This document shows, piece by piece, positions 9,890-18,424 of a stretch of DNA of 64,000 nt. This DNA is from an uncultured Lachnospira sp. Its GTDB lineage: Bacteria; Bacillota; Clostridia; Lachnospirales; Lachnospiraceae. The notes beneath the pieces are model-generated. The model did not search any database and was not told where the DNA came from. It saw nothing but the letters and a program-made list of their open reading frames with translations. The position numbers and the translations under genes are program-made. Location: positions 27,432 through 91,431 of the forward strand of contig CAJUKN010000014.1 in NCBI GenBank assembly GCA_910587485.1, written 5' to 3'. Numbering within the stretch: position 1 is the stretch's first letter; each line of letters starts with the position of its first letter.

Positions 9890-10123
9890 ATGGAAGAAAA
9901 CTATGGACATTTAGAAATACGTTTAAATGAATTATTAAAGAAAAAAGGGTTAAGTAAAAATAAACTATCCTATAAAGCTGAAATGAATTGGAAGCAAATT
10001 GATAATTTTTGTAAAAACAATATTACTCGATTAGATGTTTTTGTTTTATGTAAACTTTGCACGGTTTTGGAATGCAAAATTGAAGATTTATTAGTCTTTT
10101 ATCCACCTGAAAAAAATCAATAA
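9890..10123 (+). CDS. Cro/C1-type HTH transcriptional regulator
   Basis: LNELLKKKGLSKNKLS...LCKLCTVLECKIEDLL; RBS GAGG. Confidence 0.9.
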   Translation: MEENYGHLEIRLNELLKKKGLSKNKLSYKAEMNWKQIDNFCKNNITRLDVFVLCKLCTVLECKIEDLLVFYPPEKNQ

Positions 10124-10137
10124 ACGATTTTATAATC

Positions 10138-10232
10138 TTCAATCGCAGGATTTGTGTTTGCGCGCTGCTTGCCACAAACCTATAAGAATTTTAGTTCTTT
10201 GTGCAAAAAAGCAGCGCAGAATGAGGAAGCAA
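10138..10232 (+). repeat. Family A RBS-proximal structured repeat, copy 2
   Basis: TTTGTG/CACAAA stem; loop GCGCTGCTT complementary to AAGCAGCGC before GAATGAGG. Confidence 0.85.
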
Positions 10233-11141
10233 ATGAAAATTGACCGAATGATTGGAATATTGTCTATTTTGTTACAGCAAGAGCAGGTAACAGCTCCTTA
10301 TCTTGCGGAAAAATTTGAAGTTTCCCGCCGCACAATTAATCGTGATATTGAGGCATTGTGTATGGCAGGGATTCCATTAGTGACAAAACAAGGGCAAAAG
10401 GGCGGTATTTCCATTATGGATGGATATAAAATAGACCGAACATTACTTAGTACATCGGACATGCAGTCGATTTTAGCAGGACTTCGGAGCTTGGATAGCG
10501 TGAGCGGAACAAATCGCTATGCACAATTAATGGAGAAATTATCAGCAGGAGCATCCAATCTTCTTGCAGGTGATACTCATATTTTAATTGACCTTTCTTC
10601 ATGGTATAAAAATTCGCTTTCGCCTAAAATTGAATTATTGCATGATGCCATTCTTTCTGGACACAAGGTTTCATTTACATATTTTGCACCGAAGGGTGAA
10701 TCCAAACGGACAATAGAGCCATATGATTTAATTTTTCAGTGGGCAAGCTGGTATATTTGGGGTTGGTGCGAGGACAGAGCCGATTTTCGTCTCTTTAAAT
10801 TAGGACGCATGACCGATTTACAAGCGGGTGAATCATTTAAAAAGCGTTCCGTATTTCTTCCTGATTTATCGCAAGAGCAGGTATTTCCACATATATATCA
10901 AGTGAAAGCAAAAATTTGTCCAGAATATAAATGGCGATTGATAGAAGAATATGGAGCAAAAAGTTTTACTGTACAACCTGATGGAATGTTACTGTTTTCG
11001 TTTGGTTTTTCAGATAAAACCAATATTGTAAGTTGGATTGCTTCCTTTGGAGGCGGTGCGGAATTATTGGAACCAGTGGAATTTCGCAAAGATGTGTTAG
11101 CGTTTGCAGAAGGAATCCGAAAAAAATATTTAGAACCATGA
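10233..11141 (+). CDS. YafY-family HTH-WYL-WCX transcriptional regulator
   Basis: LAEKFEVSRRTINRDIEAL HTH; RTIEPY...WYIWGWC...FRLFKLGRM WYL domain; true start after RBS at 10233. Confidence 0.95.
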   Translation: MKIDRMIGILSILLQQEQVTAPYLAEKFEVSRRTINRDIEALCMAGIPLVTKQGQKGGISIMDGYKIDRTLLSTSDMQSILAGLRSLDSVSGTNRYAQLMEKLSAGASNLLAGDTHILIDLSSWYKNSLSPKIELLHDAILSGHKVSFTYFAPKGESKRTIEPYDLIFQWASWYIWGWCEDRADFRLFKLGRMTDLQAGESFKKRSVFLPDLSQEQVFPHIYQVKAKICPEYKWRLIEEYGAKSFTVQPDGMLLFSFGFSDKTNIVSWIASFGGGAELLEPVEFRKDVLAFAEGIRKKYLEP

Positions 11142-11161
11142 CATATAGGTGTCATGGTTCT
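11132..11161. promoter_or_regulatory. 12-bp inverted repeat (TGACA-N6-TGTCA core), candidate WYL-regulator operator and/or terminator
   Basis: AGAACCATGACA-tatagg-TGTCATGGTTCT, followed by TGATAAAAT -10-like element. Confidence 0.6.
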
Positions 11162-11204
11162 TTTGATAAAATAAGACCATCAAATGAAAGGATGGTTTTT
11201 ACTT

Positions 11205-11927
11205 ATGAATTATGAAATTGTAACACTAGAAGAAAAAATTGCTGTAGGCATATCAGCGCGAACAAATAATACATCTCCTGATGTAGGCACAATTATTGGC
11301 GGGTTGTGGAATCGTTTTTACAATGAAGGCATATATGCTTCGATTTCTGGAAAAGTAAATATGAAGGCACTTGGGATTTATACGGATTATGCTGGAGATG
11401 AAAAGGCAGATTATACGACAATCGTTGCATGTGAGACGGTCGAAGAACCACCAAAGGGAAGCTATACTGTTTGTCGGATTCCTGCAGGAAAATATGCAAA
11501 ATTTGTTATACATGGAGATATGGTAGAGGGAGTTGTCGCAGCATGGCAGGAAATTTGGAAGATGAATCTGCCTAGAACATTTCAATGTGATTTTGAGGAA
11601 TATCAAGATGATTGTATGGATAATGCTGAAATTCACATTTATGTAGGATTAGTTGACCATGCGGCTGTGATTGAATCCAGATGCGGGCTTTTGTGCAGTG
11701 AATGTGATTATCGTGAGCAAATGAATTGTGCAGGCTGTGTACATATGCAAAAGCCGTTTTGGGGTGAAAATTGTCCTGTTAAAGATTGTTGTGAGACAAA
11801 ACAATTCGAGCATTGTGGAAAATGTGAGAATTTTCCATGTGATTTGCTCAATCAATTTGCTTATGATGAAAAACAGGGCGATAATGGAAAAAGAATTGAA
11901 CAATGCAAGTGTTGGAATAAGGAATAA
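11205..11927 (+). CDS. GyrI-like effector-binding domain fused to Cys-rich DUF3795-like domain
   Basis: IPAGKYAKF...AWQEIW...DFEEY; C-terminal CGLLCSEC...CAGC...CPVKDCC...HCGKCENFPC. Confidence 0.85.
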   Translation: MNYEIVTLEEKIAVGISARTNNTSPDVGTIIGGLWNRFYNEGIYASISGKVNMKALGIYTDYAGDEKADYTTIVACETVEEPPKGSYTVCRIPAGKYAKFVIHGDMVEGVVAAWQEIWKMNLPRTFQCDFEEYQDDCMDNAEIHIYVGLVDHAAVIESRCGLLCSECDYREQMNCAGCVHMQKPFWGENCPVKDCCETKQFEHCGKCENFPCDLLNQFAYDEKQGDNGKRIEQCKCWNKE

Positions 11928-12009
11928 CAAGATTTGTATTTTTGCGCTGCTTGTGGCAAATGGTTAAGAACATTTTTTTTGCAAAAAGCAGCGCAGAAGT
12001 GGAGGGAAC
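11925..12009 (+). repeat. Family A RBS-proximal structured repeat, copy 3
   Basis: TTTTGCGCTGCTT pairs over 13 nt with AAGCAGCGCAGAA before GTGGAGG. Confidence 0.8.
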
Positions 12010-12666
12010 ATGGCATTTGACTATAAAAAAGAATATAAGGAATTTTATTTACCAAAAAATAAACCACAGTTAGTAACAGTACCTTCTATGAATTTTATTG
12101 CTGTGCGTGGAAAAGGAAATCCTAATCAAGAAGATGGTGCATACAAACAATCTATTGGATTGCTTTATGGAGTTGCTTTTACAATTAAGATGAGTAAGTT
12201 AGGCAATCATCAGATAAAGGGATACTTTGACTATGTTGTACCGCCATTGGAAGGACTTTGGTGGCAGGAAGGCATAGAGGGGATTGACTATTCTCGAAAA
12301 GAAGATTTTGAATGGATTTCAATGATTCGCCTGCCAGAGTTTGTAACAAAAGATGAATTTTGTTGGGCAGCAGAAGAAGCAGCGAAAAAGAAGAAAACGG
12401 ATTTTTCTAAGGTGGAATTTTTTACATATGATGAGGGCTTGTGTGTACAATGTATGCACATTGGTTCTTATGATGATGAACCAGCAACAATAGAGCAGAT
12501 GAATACATTTGCTTATGAACAAGGCTATGTGTTAGATATAAATTGTTCCCGTTATCACCATGAAATTTATTTAAGTGATGTGCGAAAATGTAAAACAGAA
12601 AATCTAAAAACGGTCATTCGGCATCCTGTAAAAATAAAATCGATACGAGATAGTTATGACAAATAG
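12010..12666 (+). CDS. GyrI-like small-molecule-binding domain protein
   Basis: VVPPLEGLWW, EGLCVQCMHIGSYDDE, HHEIYLSD, LKTVIRHP. Confidence 0.9.
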   Translation: MAFDYKKEYKEFYLPKNKPQLVTVPSMNFIAVRGKGNPNQEDGAYKQSIGLLYGVAFTIKMSKLGNHQIKGYFDYVVPPLEGLWWQEGIEGIDYSRKEDFEWISMIRLPEFVTKDEFCWAAEEAAKKKKTDFSKVEFFTYDEGLCVQCMHIGSYDDEPATIEQMNTFAYEQGYVLDINCSRYHHEIYLSDVRKCKTENLKTVIRHPVKIKSIRDSYDK

Positions 12667-12691
12667 TTTATAAATATTATAAATATAAGGC

Positions 12692-12724
12692 AAAAAGGGT
12701 TGGGACAGGTTCTCAATCCTTTTT
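12692..12724 (+). terminator. Intrinsic terminator
   Basis: AAAAAGGGTTGGGA-cagg-TTCTCAATCCTTTTT hairpin with T tract. Confidence 0.6.
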
Positions 12725-12858
12725 AATCTCATTAGGCAAGTTTTTTTGTTTTATTTTATGCACCCAATGGTTGCTAAATTGGAACGCATTAATAGATTGT
12801 TTGTTTGATAAAAGTAAGATATAATTTTTTAAAAATAGGAGAAGGGGAGCAAATTAGA

Positions 12859-13533
12859 GTGGAATTTAGGGAAAAGCTGCAATTATTAAGAGTTCATATG
12901 AAATTATCACAAGAAGAATTGGCTAATAAGTTACATATATCAAGGCAATCTATAACAAAATGGGAAAATGGACAATCTTTTCCAGATATTCAAAATCTTA
13001 TACAGCTAAGTGAAATTTTTAAAGTTACAATAGATAGACTAGTAAAGAAAGATGATACTTGTGCAGTACAACTTTTTTGTGATGAAAATTATCCCAAACA
13101 AGATATTAGAAGTTTTCTAGTTCGAGCAAAAAATAGCACTTACGCAGTGGGAGAAAATCAAATTTTATCATTAAAACCAAATTCTTATGACTTTCGTTAT
13201 GTTGAAGGGGATTCTTTATATATGGATAGCTATATGGGAAGTCAAAAATTTGTAGGTGAGGAATGTGTTTGGATAAAAGAACATGCAATATGGGGAATGA
13301 ATTATTATGGTCAAAGTTTGAATGAAAATTTTAATAGTACATTTTTAAAAGAAGCACTTTGTCATGTATCGGATTCTATGCCATTTCGAGGACCAGAATT
13401 GTATCAAAAAGGTGATTATATATATCAATGTCAAGTGGTGGGGGATTTTGAATATTTTTCTGGGGAAGAAAAGATATATTGTAAGCAGGAAAAAGTATAT
13501 TTTTGTACATTTCATGGAGGTATGATAGTATGA
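12859..13533 (+). CDS. XRE-family HTH fused to DUF5680-like domain
   Basis: SQEELANKLHISRQSITKWENGQSFPD; FLKEAL...PFRGP...FHGG. Confidence 0.85.
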   Translation: MEFREKLQLLRVHMKLSQEELANKLHISRQSITKWENGQSFPDIQNLIQLSEIFKVTIDRLVKKDDTCAVQLFCDENYPKQDIRSFLVRAKNSTYAVGENQILSLKPNSYDFRYVEGDSLYMDSYMGSQKFVGEECVWIKEHAIWGMNYYGQSLNENFNSTFLKEALCHVSDSMPFRGPELYQKGDYIYQCQVVGDFEYFSGEEKIYCKQEKVYFCTFHGGMIV

Positions 13534-14381
13534 AGATAATAGAAAAAGAAGTTTTAGTAAAAGATTTCATTACAAAATCAAATTTGCCTGCAAGTGATTA
13601 TGTAATCAATCCCTACATAGGCTGTCCACACCAATGCAAGTATTGTTATGCTTGTTTTATGAAACGATTTACAAATCATAAGGAGAGTTGGGGAAGTTTT
13701 ATTGATATTAAGCGATGTGATAAACCAATAAATAAAAAGAAACTCCAAAATAAATTGGTATTCCTTTCATCAGTGACAGACTGTTATAATCCATTTGAGG
13801 AAAAATATAAAAGTACACAAAAGATATTAAAACAATTAATTGACATAGATTGTGAATTAAATATTTCAACAAAATCAAACTTGATTTTAAGAGATATGGA
13901 TTTATTAAAACAGTGCAAAAATTTAAAAGTTTCCATATCTATCAATACACTTGATGAGCAGTTTAAAAACGATATGGACAATGCTTGTAGTATTTCAGAG
14001 CGATTAAGAACATTAAAAGTGTTACATGAAAATGGAATATATACCATTTTATTTATGTCGCCTATTTTTCCGGGTATAACAAATTTTCAAAAAATAATTG
14101 AAAAAACCAAAGATTATACAGATGAATATTGGTTTGAAAATTTAAATTTAAGAGGAAGTTATAAGCAGGAACTATTAAATTATATTAAAACTTCTTATCC
14201 TCAACTAATAGAATTATATAACAATATATACATTAAAAAAGATATGCAATATTGGTATAATTTATCTGCTGAGATAGAACAATATTGTTATACTCATTTA
14301 ATAAAACACACCAATTATTTTTATCACAAAGAATTAGTGAAAGAAAAAGTCAAGCACTCCTGCCAAAACAGGCAAGACTAA
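13530..14381 (+). CDS. Radical SAM protein, spore-photoproduct-lyase-like family
   Basis: INPYIGCPHQCKYCYA CxxxCxxC; SSVTDCYNPFE; ATGA overlap with upstream gene. Confidence 0.9.
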   Translation: MKIIEKEVLVKDFITKSNLPASDYVINPYIGCPHQCKYCYACFMKRFTNHKESWGSFIDIKRCDKPINKKKLQNKLVFLSSVTDCYNPFEEKYKSTQKILKQLIDIDCELNISTKSNLILRDMDLLKQCKNLKVSISINTLDEQFKNDMDNACSISERLRTLKVLHENGIYTILFMSPIFPGITNFQKIIEKTKDYTDEYWFENLNLRGSYKQELLNYIKTSYPQLIELYNNIYIKKDMQYWYNLSAEIEQYCYTHLIKHTNYFYHKELVKEKVKHSCQNRQD

Positions 14382-14424
14382 CTCCCGCTTAAGAAGCAGG
14401 AGACTTCCCTGATGAGGTTAAATT
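14348..14424 (-). repeat. Family B repeat (IS200/IS605-end-like palindrome), degenerate
   Basis: Minus strand AACCTCATCAGGGAAGTCTCCTGCTT-ctt-AAGCGGGAG...TTGAC. Confidence 0.65.
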
Positions 14425-14430
14425 AAAAAT

Positions 14431-15006
14431 TTATTTTTTTCTGCCCAAATATCTATATACTTTATTTTTATAATTGATATAATTATCACCAAATGCTTTT
14501 GCTAAATATTGCTCTTCTTGTATGATTTGTAAATGGAGCATTGTTATTGCAGCGATAGAAAACAGAAGTAAAGGCAAGTTAAAAAACATAAGAACAAAGC
14601 CTATATACACGCAGTCAAATCCTAAAAAAGCTGGATTTCTGCTAAATTTATAAATACCATTGGTGATAATTTGTGTCTTGTCATTTTCGGCAATACCTGC
14701 TCTCCAGTTATCTTGCATAGTAAAAACTGCCAGTGCAAAGATAATATCTCCAATAATCCCCAAGATAGAGCCACTTATAACAAAGACTTGCGGCAGTTGT
14801 GATTGAACAGCAAAAATACTAATAATCTCAACAATTACAACGATGTAAGTGGCAATTTTTAATATCAATTCAATATAGAATACTTTATTTTTTTGTTTGT
14901 TTCTTGCCATTTGGTCTGTCTGTATTCCTTTTTTCTTCTGTAAAATCATTTTGCCTATATAAATAGAATAAAAAATGATAAGTATTATAATTCCTAATAT
15001 TTTCAT
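14431..15006 (-). CDS. Isoprenylcysteine carboxylmethyltransferase/PEMT family membrane protein
   Basis: ITNGIYKFSRNPAFLG, EEQYLAKAFGDNYINYKNKV. Confidence 0.9.
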   Translation of the reverse strand: MKILGIIILIIFYSIYIGKMILQKKKGIQTDQMARNKQKNKVFYIELILKIATYIVVIVEIISIFAVQSQLPQVFVISGSILGIIGDIIFALAVFTMQDNWRAGIAENDKTQIITNGIYKFSRNPAFLGFDCVYIGFVLMFFNLPLLLFSIAAITMLHLQIIQEEQYLAKAFGDNYINYKNKVYRYLGRKK

Positions 15007-15035
15007 ACCAATTATTTATTGCCTCTCTAACATTT

Positions 15036-15132
15036 TATTTAACCTCATTAGAAAGTCTTTCACTTTTTAATTATGAGTTCAATTTGTCTGTTTAAAAAAT
15101 GCAGCAAAGCAGATTGCAAATATTTGCTTGAT
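15036..15132 (+). repeat. Family B repeat, degenerate
   Basis: TTTAACCTCATTAGAAAGTC...GCAGCAAAGCAGATTGCAAATATTTGCTTGA. Confidence 0.65.
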
Positions 15133-15539
15133 TTTTTAGGTAAAAAAATAACTTTTATCCAGTAAATAAATTATAGCTGAAAATTTAGATGGTGGCAATC
15201 ATTCATTTAAATATTTAATTTGTTATTTAAAATGAATGGAATTTAAGCATAATAATTATTTGGAGATAGTATTCATAACTTATTAGAAGTACTGGAAATA
15301 TTGCTGATTTTAGTCAAGGAAGATTTAGGAACATGTATGTTTACTTGACTTATTATTTTCGTAGAGTTAAAATGTGTACATATAGCGCAGCCTAGATAAG
15401 CCGCTTATATGTTGACACAAATTAAAGTACCTATAATAAGCAATCATTAGTGGATATGTATGTAGCATGTCTGTTTGGCATATTGTTTGAGGGAATGAAT
15501 GTATCAACAAAAATACATTTTAGAAAGGAAGTAATTAAC

Positions 15540-16571
15540 ATGGAAAAGAAAAATCTTGATTGGGAAAATATTGGTTTTGGCTATATTAAGACAGACAAGA
15601 GATTTGTAGCAAACTATAAAAATGGAGCATGGGATAACGGAGTGCTTACAGAGGACGATAAGGTCGTTATCAGCGAGTGTGCAGGCGTTCTTCAGTATGC
15701 TCAGACATGTTTTGAGGGCTTGAAAGCATATACAACAGAAAATGGACAAATCGTTATGTTTAGACCAGATATGAATGCTGCAAGAATGGCTCGTTCATGT
15801 AAAAGGCTTGAGATGCCTGTATTTCCTGAAGAAAAATTTGTTGATGCAGTAGCACAGACTGTAAGGGCAAACATGGCATGGGTTCCGCCATTTGGTTCAG
15901 GAGCAACACTCTATATCCGTCCATATATGTTTGGAAGTAGTCAGGTTATAGGGGTTAAGCCTGCTGATGAGTATCAATTTAGAGTATTTACAACACCTGT
16001 TGGTCCATATTTTAAAGGCGGTGCAAAGCCTCTTACAATTAAAGTTTCTGATTTTGACAGAGCGGCGCCAAACGGCACAGGACATATTAAGGCAGGTGCA
16101 AATTATGCAATGAGTTTACATGCTATTGTAACAGCACATGAGGAAGGTTTTGCAGAAAATATGTATCTGGATGCAGCAACAAGGACAAAGGTTGAGGAAA
16201 CTGGTGGAGCAAACTTTTTATTTGTCACCAAAGACGGCAAGGTTGTAACTCCAAAATCAAACAGTATTCTTCCTTCTATCACACGCCGTTCTTTGATGTA
16301 TGTTGCAAAAGAATATCTTGGTCTTGAGGTTGAAGAACGAGAAGTATTCATTGATGAAGTAAAAGATTTTGCTGAGTGTGGATTGTGCGGTACTGCTGCC
16401 GTTATTTCTCCTGTAGGCAAAGTGGTTCATCATGGTGAGGAAATTGCATTTCCAAGCGGTATGGAAAAAATGGGCGATACAATACAGAAACTATATGATA
16501 CACTTACAGGTATTCAAATGGGCAAAATTGAGGCGCCAAAAGGATGGATATATACAATTGAAGAAGTTTAA
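15540..16571 (+). CDS. ilvE: Branched-chain amino acid aminotransferase
   Basis: YAQTCFEGLKAY, LYIRP, KAGANYA, EETGGANF, ILPSITR, CGTAAVISP. Confidence 0.95.
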   Translation: MEKKNLDWENIGFGYIKTDKRFVANYKNGAWDNGVLTEDDKVVISECAGVLQYAQTCFEGLKAYTTENGQIVMFRPDMNAARMARSCKRLEMPVFPEEKFVDAVAQTVRANMAWVPPFGSGATLYIRPYMFGSSQVIGVKPADEYQFRVFTTPVGPYFKGGAKPLTIKVSDFDRAAPNGTGHIKAGANYAMSLHAIVTAHEEGFAENMYLDAATRTKVEETGGANFLFVTKDGKVVTPKSNSILPSITRRSLMYVAKEYLGLEVEEREVFIDEVKDFAECGLCGTAAVISPVGKVVHHGEEIAFPSGMEKMGDTIQKLYDTLTGIQMGKIEAPKGWIYTIEEV

Positions 16572-16591
16572 ATGTTATTAAAAAATAATTA

Positions 16592-16623
16592 GCTGCTTCT
16601 AAAGATAAGCCACGGTATGTAGG
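16592..16623 (+). repeat. 32-bp direct repeat copy 1 (family C)
   Basis: GCTGCTTCTAAAGATAAGCCACGGTATGTAGG; 28/32 identical to 16920-16951. Confidence 0.8.
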
Positions 16624-16664
16624 CTAAAAATAACACTTATAAATTATGGGATGAGGAAATAGCT

Positions 16665-16907
16665 ATGTCAGAATTTAATACAAACGAGCGTGTATTGCGC
16701 ACAGATATAACTATGGAAGAGTGTAAACAAATTGAAAAAGTCCTTCGTAAAAATAACATCTCTTATTATGAGAGATGGAAAACACATTCAGGGATATTTA
16801 AACTATTTGGAAATAAAACAGCAAAATGTGATATACTAATACATATGGATTCATATGAAACAGCAAAAGAAGCGTTGGGGGAAAAAGTAAAAAAGGGTAA
16901 AACTTAA
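16665..16907 (+). CDS. Small hypothetical protein
   Basis: 80-aa ORF with RBS GAGG. Confidence 0.7.
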   Translation: MSEFNTNERVLRTDITMEECKQIEKVLRKNNISYYERWKTHSGIFKLFGNKTAKCDILIHMDSYETAKEALGEKVKKGKT

Positions 16908-16919
16908 AACTTGCATCTT

Positions 16920-16951
16920 GCTGCTGCTAAAAATAAGTCACGGTATGGAGG
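16920..16951 (+). repeat. 32-bp direct repeat copy 2 (family C), supplies RBS of next gene
   Basis: GCTGCTGCTAAAAATAAGTCACGGTATGGAGG. Confidence 0.8.
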
Positions 16952-16958
16952 TTTGAAA

Positions 16959-17864
16959 ATGGCATATAAAAAAAGAAAAAGAAGACATAAGACAAAGTGG
17001 AATTATAAAAGAATTGCTATAGCATCTACAGGTCTTGCTGCCCTTGTTGTGGCGACGACTGTTTTAGTCAGTGTCAGCGGCAAAGATAAGTCCGATGCTT
17101 CATCTTATAATGGTGGAATTGTTGCCGATGCAGCTCAGAACAAGTCTGATAAGAACGATAATTCAAATACAATACATCAACAGACACAGATAGATAATAA
17201 ACAAAACGAGACACCAGATGATGTAAATGCAGTTTCAAATAATAATGTCAACACACCAACACAAAATGTTAATCCAACAAATCAGGCGGAGAATAATGAT
17301 ATGACTTCTAAAACAAGCAAAGGTTATTCTATTACGGAAGTTGATGGAATAACGTATGTTGACGGCGTTTTGATTGCCAATAAAACCTATGCTTTGCCAG
17401 CAGATTATAATCCGGGAGCTGTTGACGGTGAAGTGATGGAAGCATTTTCTGTTATGCAAAATGCTGCTGCCAAAGAAGGACTAAATATTTATATATCGTC
17501 TGGATTTAGGTCTTATGAAACACAAAACAGACTGTATAACAATTATGTTGCAAAAGATGGAAAGGCAGAAGCAGACCGATATTCTGCAAGGGCAGGACAT
17601 TCAGAACATCAGACAGGATTGTGTTTTGATTTGAACTCTATTGATGATTCGTTTGCAGCCACTCCAGAAGGAAAGTGGGTTGCCGAACATGCGTGGGAAT
17701 ATGGTTTTATTATAAGATATCCAAAGGGGAAAGAAGATGTGACTGGTTATATGTATGAGTCATGGCATCTTCGTTATCTTGGAAAAGAACTTGCAAAAAA
17801 AGTGTATGATTCTGGTTTATGTCTTGAAGAATACTATGGGATAACTTCTCAGTATGAACAATAG
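16959..17864 (+). CDS. M15B family peptidoglycan carboxypeptidase (VanY/LdcB-like), membrane anchored
   Basis: SGFRSYETQ, SARAGHSEHQTGLCFD, ESWHLRY; N-terminal TM and N/Q/T-rich linker. Confidence 0.92.
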   Translation: MAYKKRKRRHKTKWNYKRIAIASTGLAALVVATTVLVSVSGKDKSDASSYNGGIVADAAQNKSDKNDNSNTIHQQTQIDNKQNETPDDVNAVSNNNVNTPTQNVNPTNQAENNDMTSKTSKGYSITEVDGITYVDGVLIANKTYALPADYNPGAVDGEVMEAFSVMQNAAAKEGLNIYISSGFRSYETQNRLYNNYVAKDGKAEADRYSARAGHSEHQTGLCFDLNSIDDSFAATPEGKWVAEHAWEYGFIIRYPKGKEDVTGYMYESWHLRYLGKELAKKVYDSGLCLEEYYGITSQYEQ

Positions 17865-17885
17865 ACAAAAGGATAAAATACAATT

Positions 17886-18326
17886 ATGAAGAAATTTTTT
17901 GAAGAATTTAAAAATTTTATTGCACGTGGCAATGTTATGGATATGGCAGTAGGTGTTATTATTGGCGGGGCTTTTACAGCAATTGTGACATCGCTTAACA
18001 AAGATATTATAACACCTATATTAGCCATATTTGGCGGTGTTGATTTTTCTAATCTTACATTGAAAATGGGGACAAGTGATAATGCGCCTGTACTAATGTA
18101 TGGAAGCTTTCTTACGGCTGTCATTAATTTTTTGATAACAGCTTTTATTATATTTTGCCTTGTCAAAGCGTTAAATAAAGCGGCAAGTTTTAGGAAAAAA
18201 GAGGAGATATTAGAGCAGCCAACAGAGAAAGAATGTCCGTTCTGCAAAAGTAAAATTCCTATTTCGGCAACAAGATGTCCATATTGTACATCAAATCTTG
18301 ACGAGGAAGAAAATAGTGAAACATAA
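17886..18326 (+). CDS. mscL: Large-conductance mechanosensitive channel with C-terminal zinc ribbon
   Basis: [28 protein letters not shown]...CPYC tail. Confidence 0.95.
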   Translation: MKKFFEEFKNFIARGNVMDMAVGVIIGGAFTAIVTSLNKDIITPILAIFGGVDFSNLTLKMGTSDNAPVLMYGSFLTAVINFLITAFIIFCLVKALNKAASFRKKEEILEQPTEKECPFCKSKIPISATRCPYCTSNLDEEENSET

Positions 18327-18424
18327 ATGATTTTAGGTAAGTTTATGTTATGTTTACATTGGTAAACAAAACAATGGATGCCATGTTTTATGAGCAATCC
18401 TTAATAAATAAGATGGAGATTGCA

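Noticed and set aside
10152..10232. N-terminal extensions MCLRAACHK... (and MCLRVACHK... at 39515) as a conserved peptide
   Set aside because: They are translations of the family A repeat; reading frames diverge within the repeat and the SD lies at its 3' end, so true starts are 10233 and 39596
15340..15540. T-box or other riboswitch upstream of ilvE
   Set aside because: No AAGGTGGTACC-like T-box motif or leader terminator seen
16959..17864. vanY vancomycin-resistance gene
   Set aside because: No van cluster; architecture fits a housekeeping M15B carboxypeptidase
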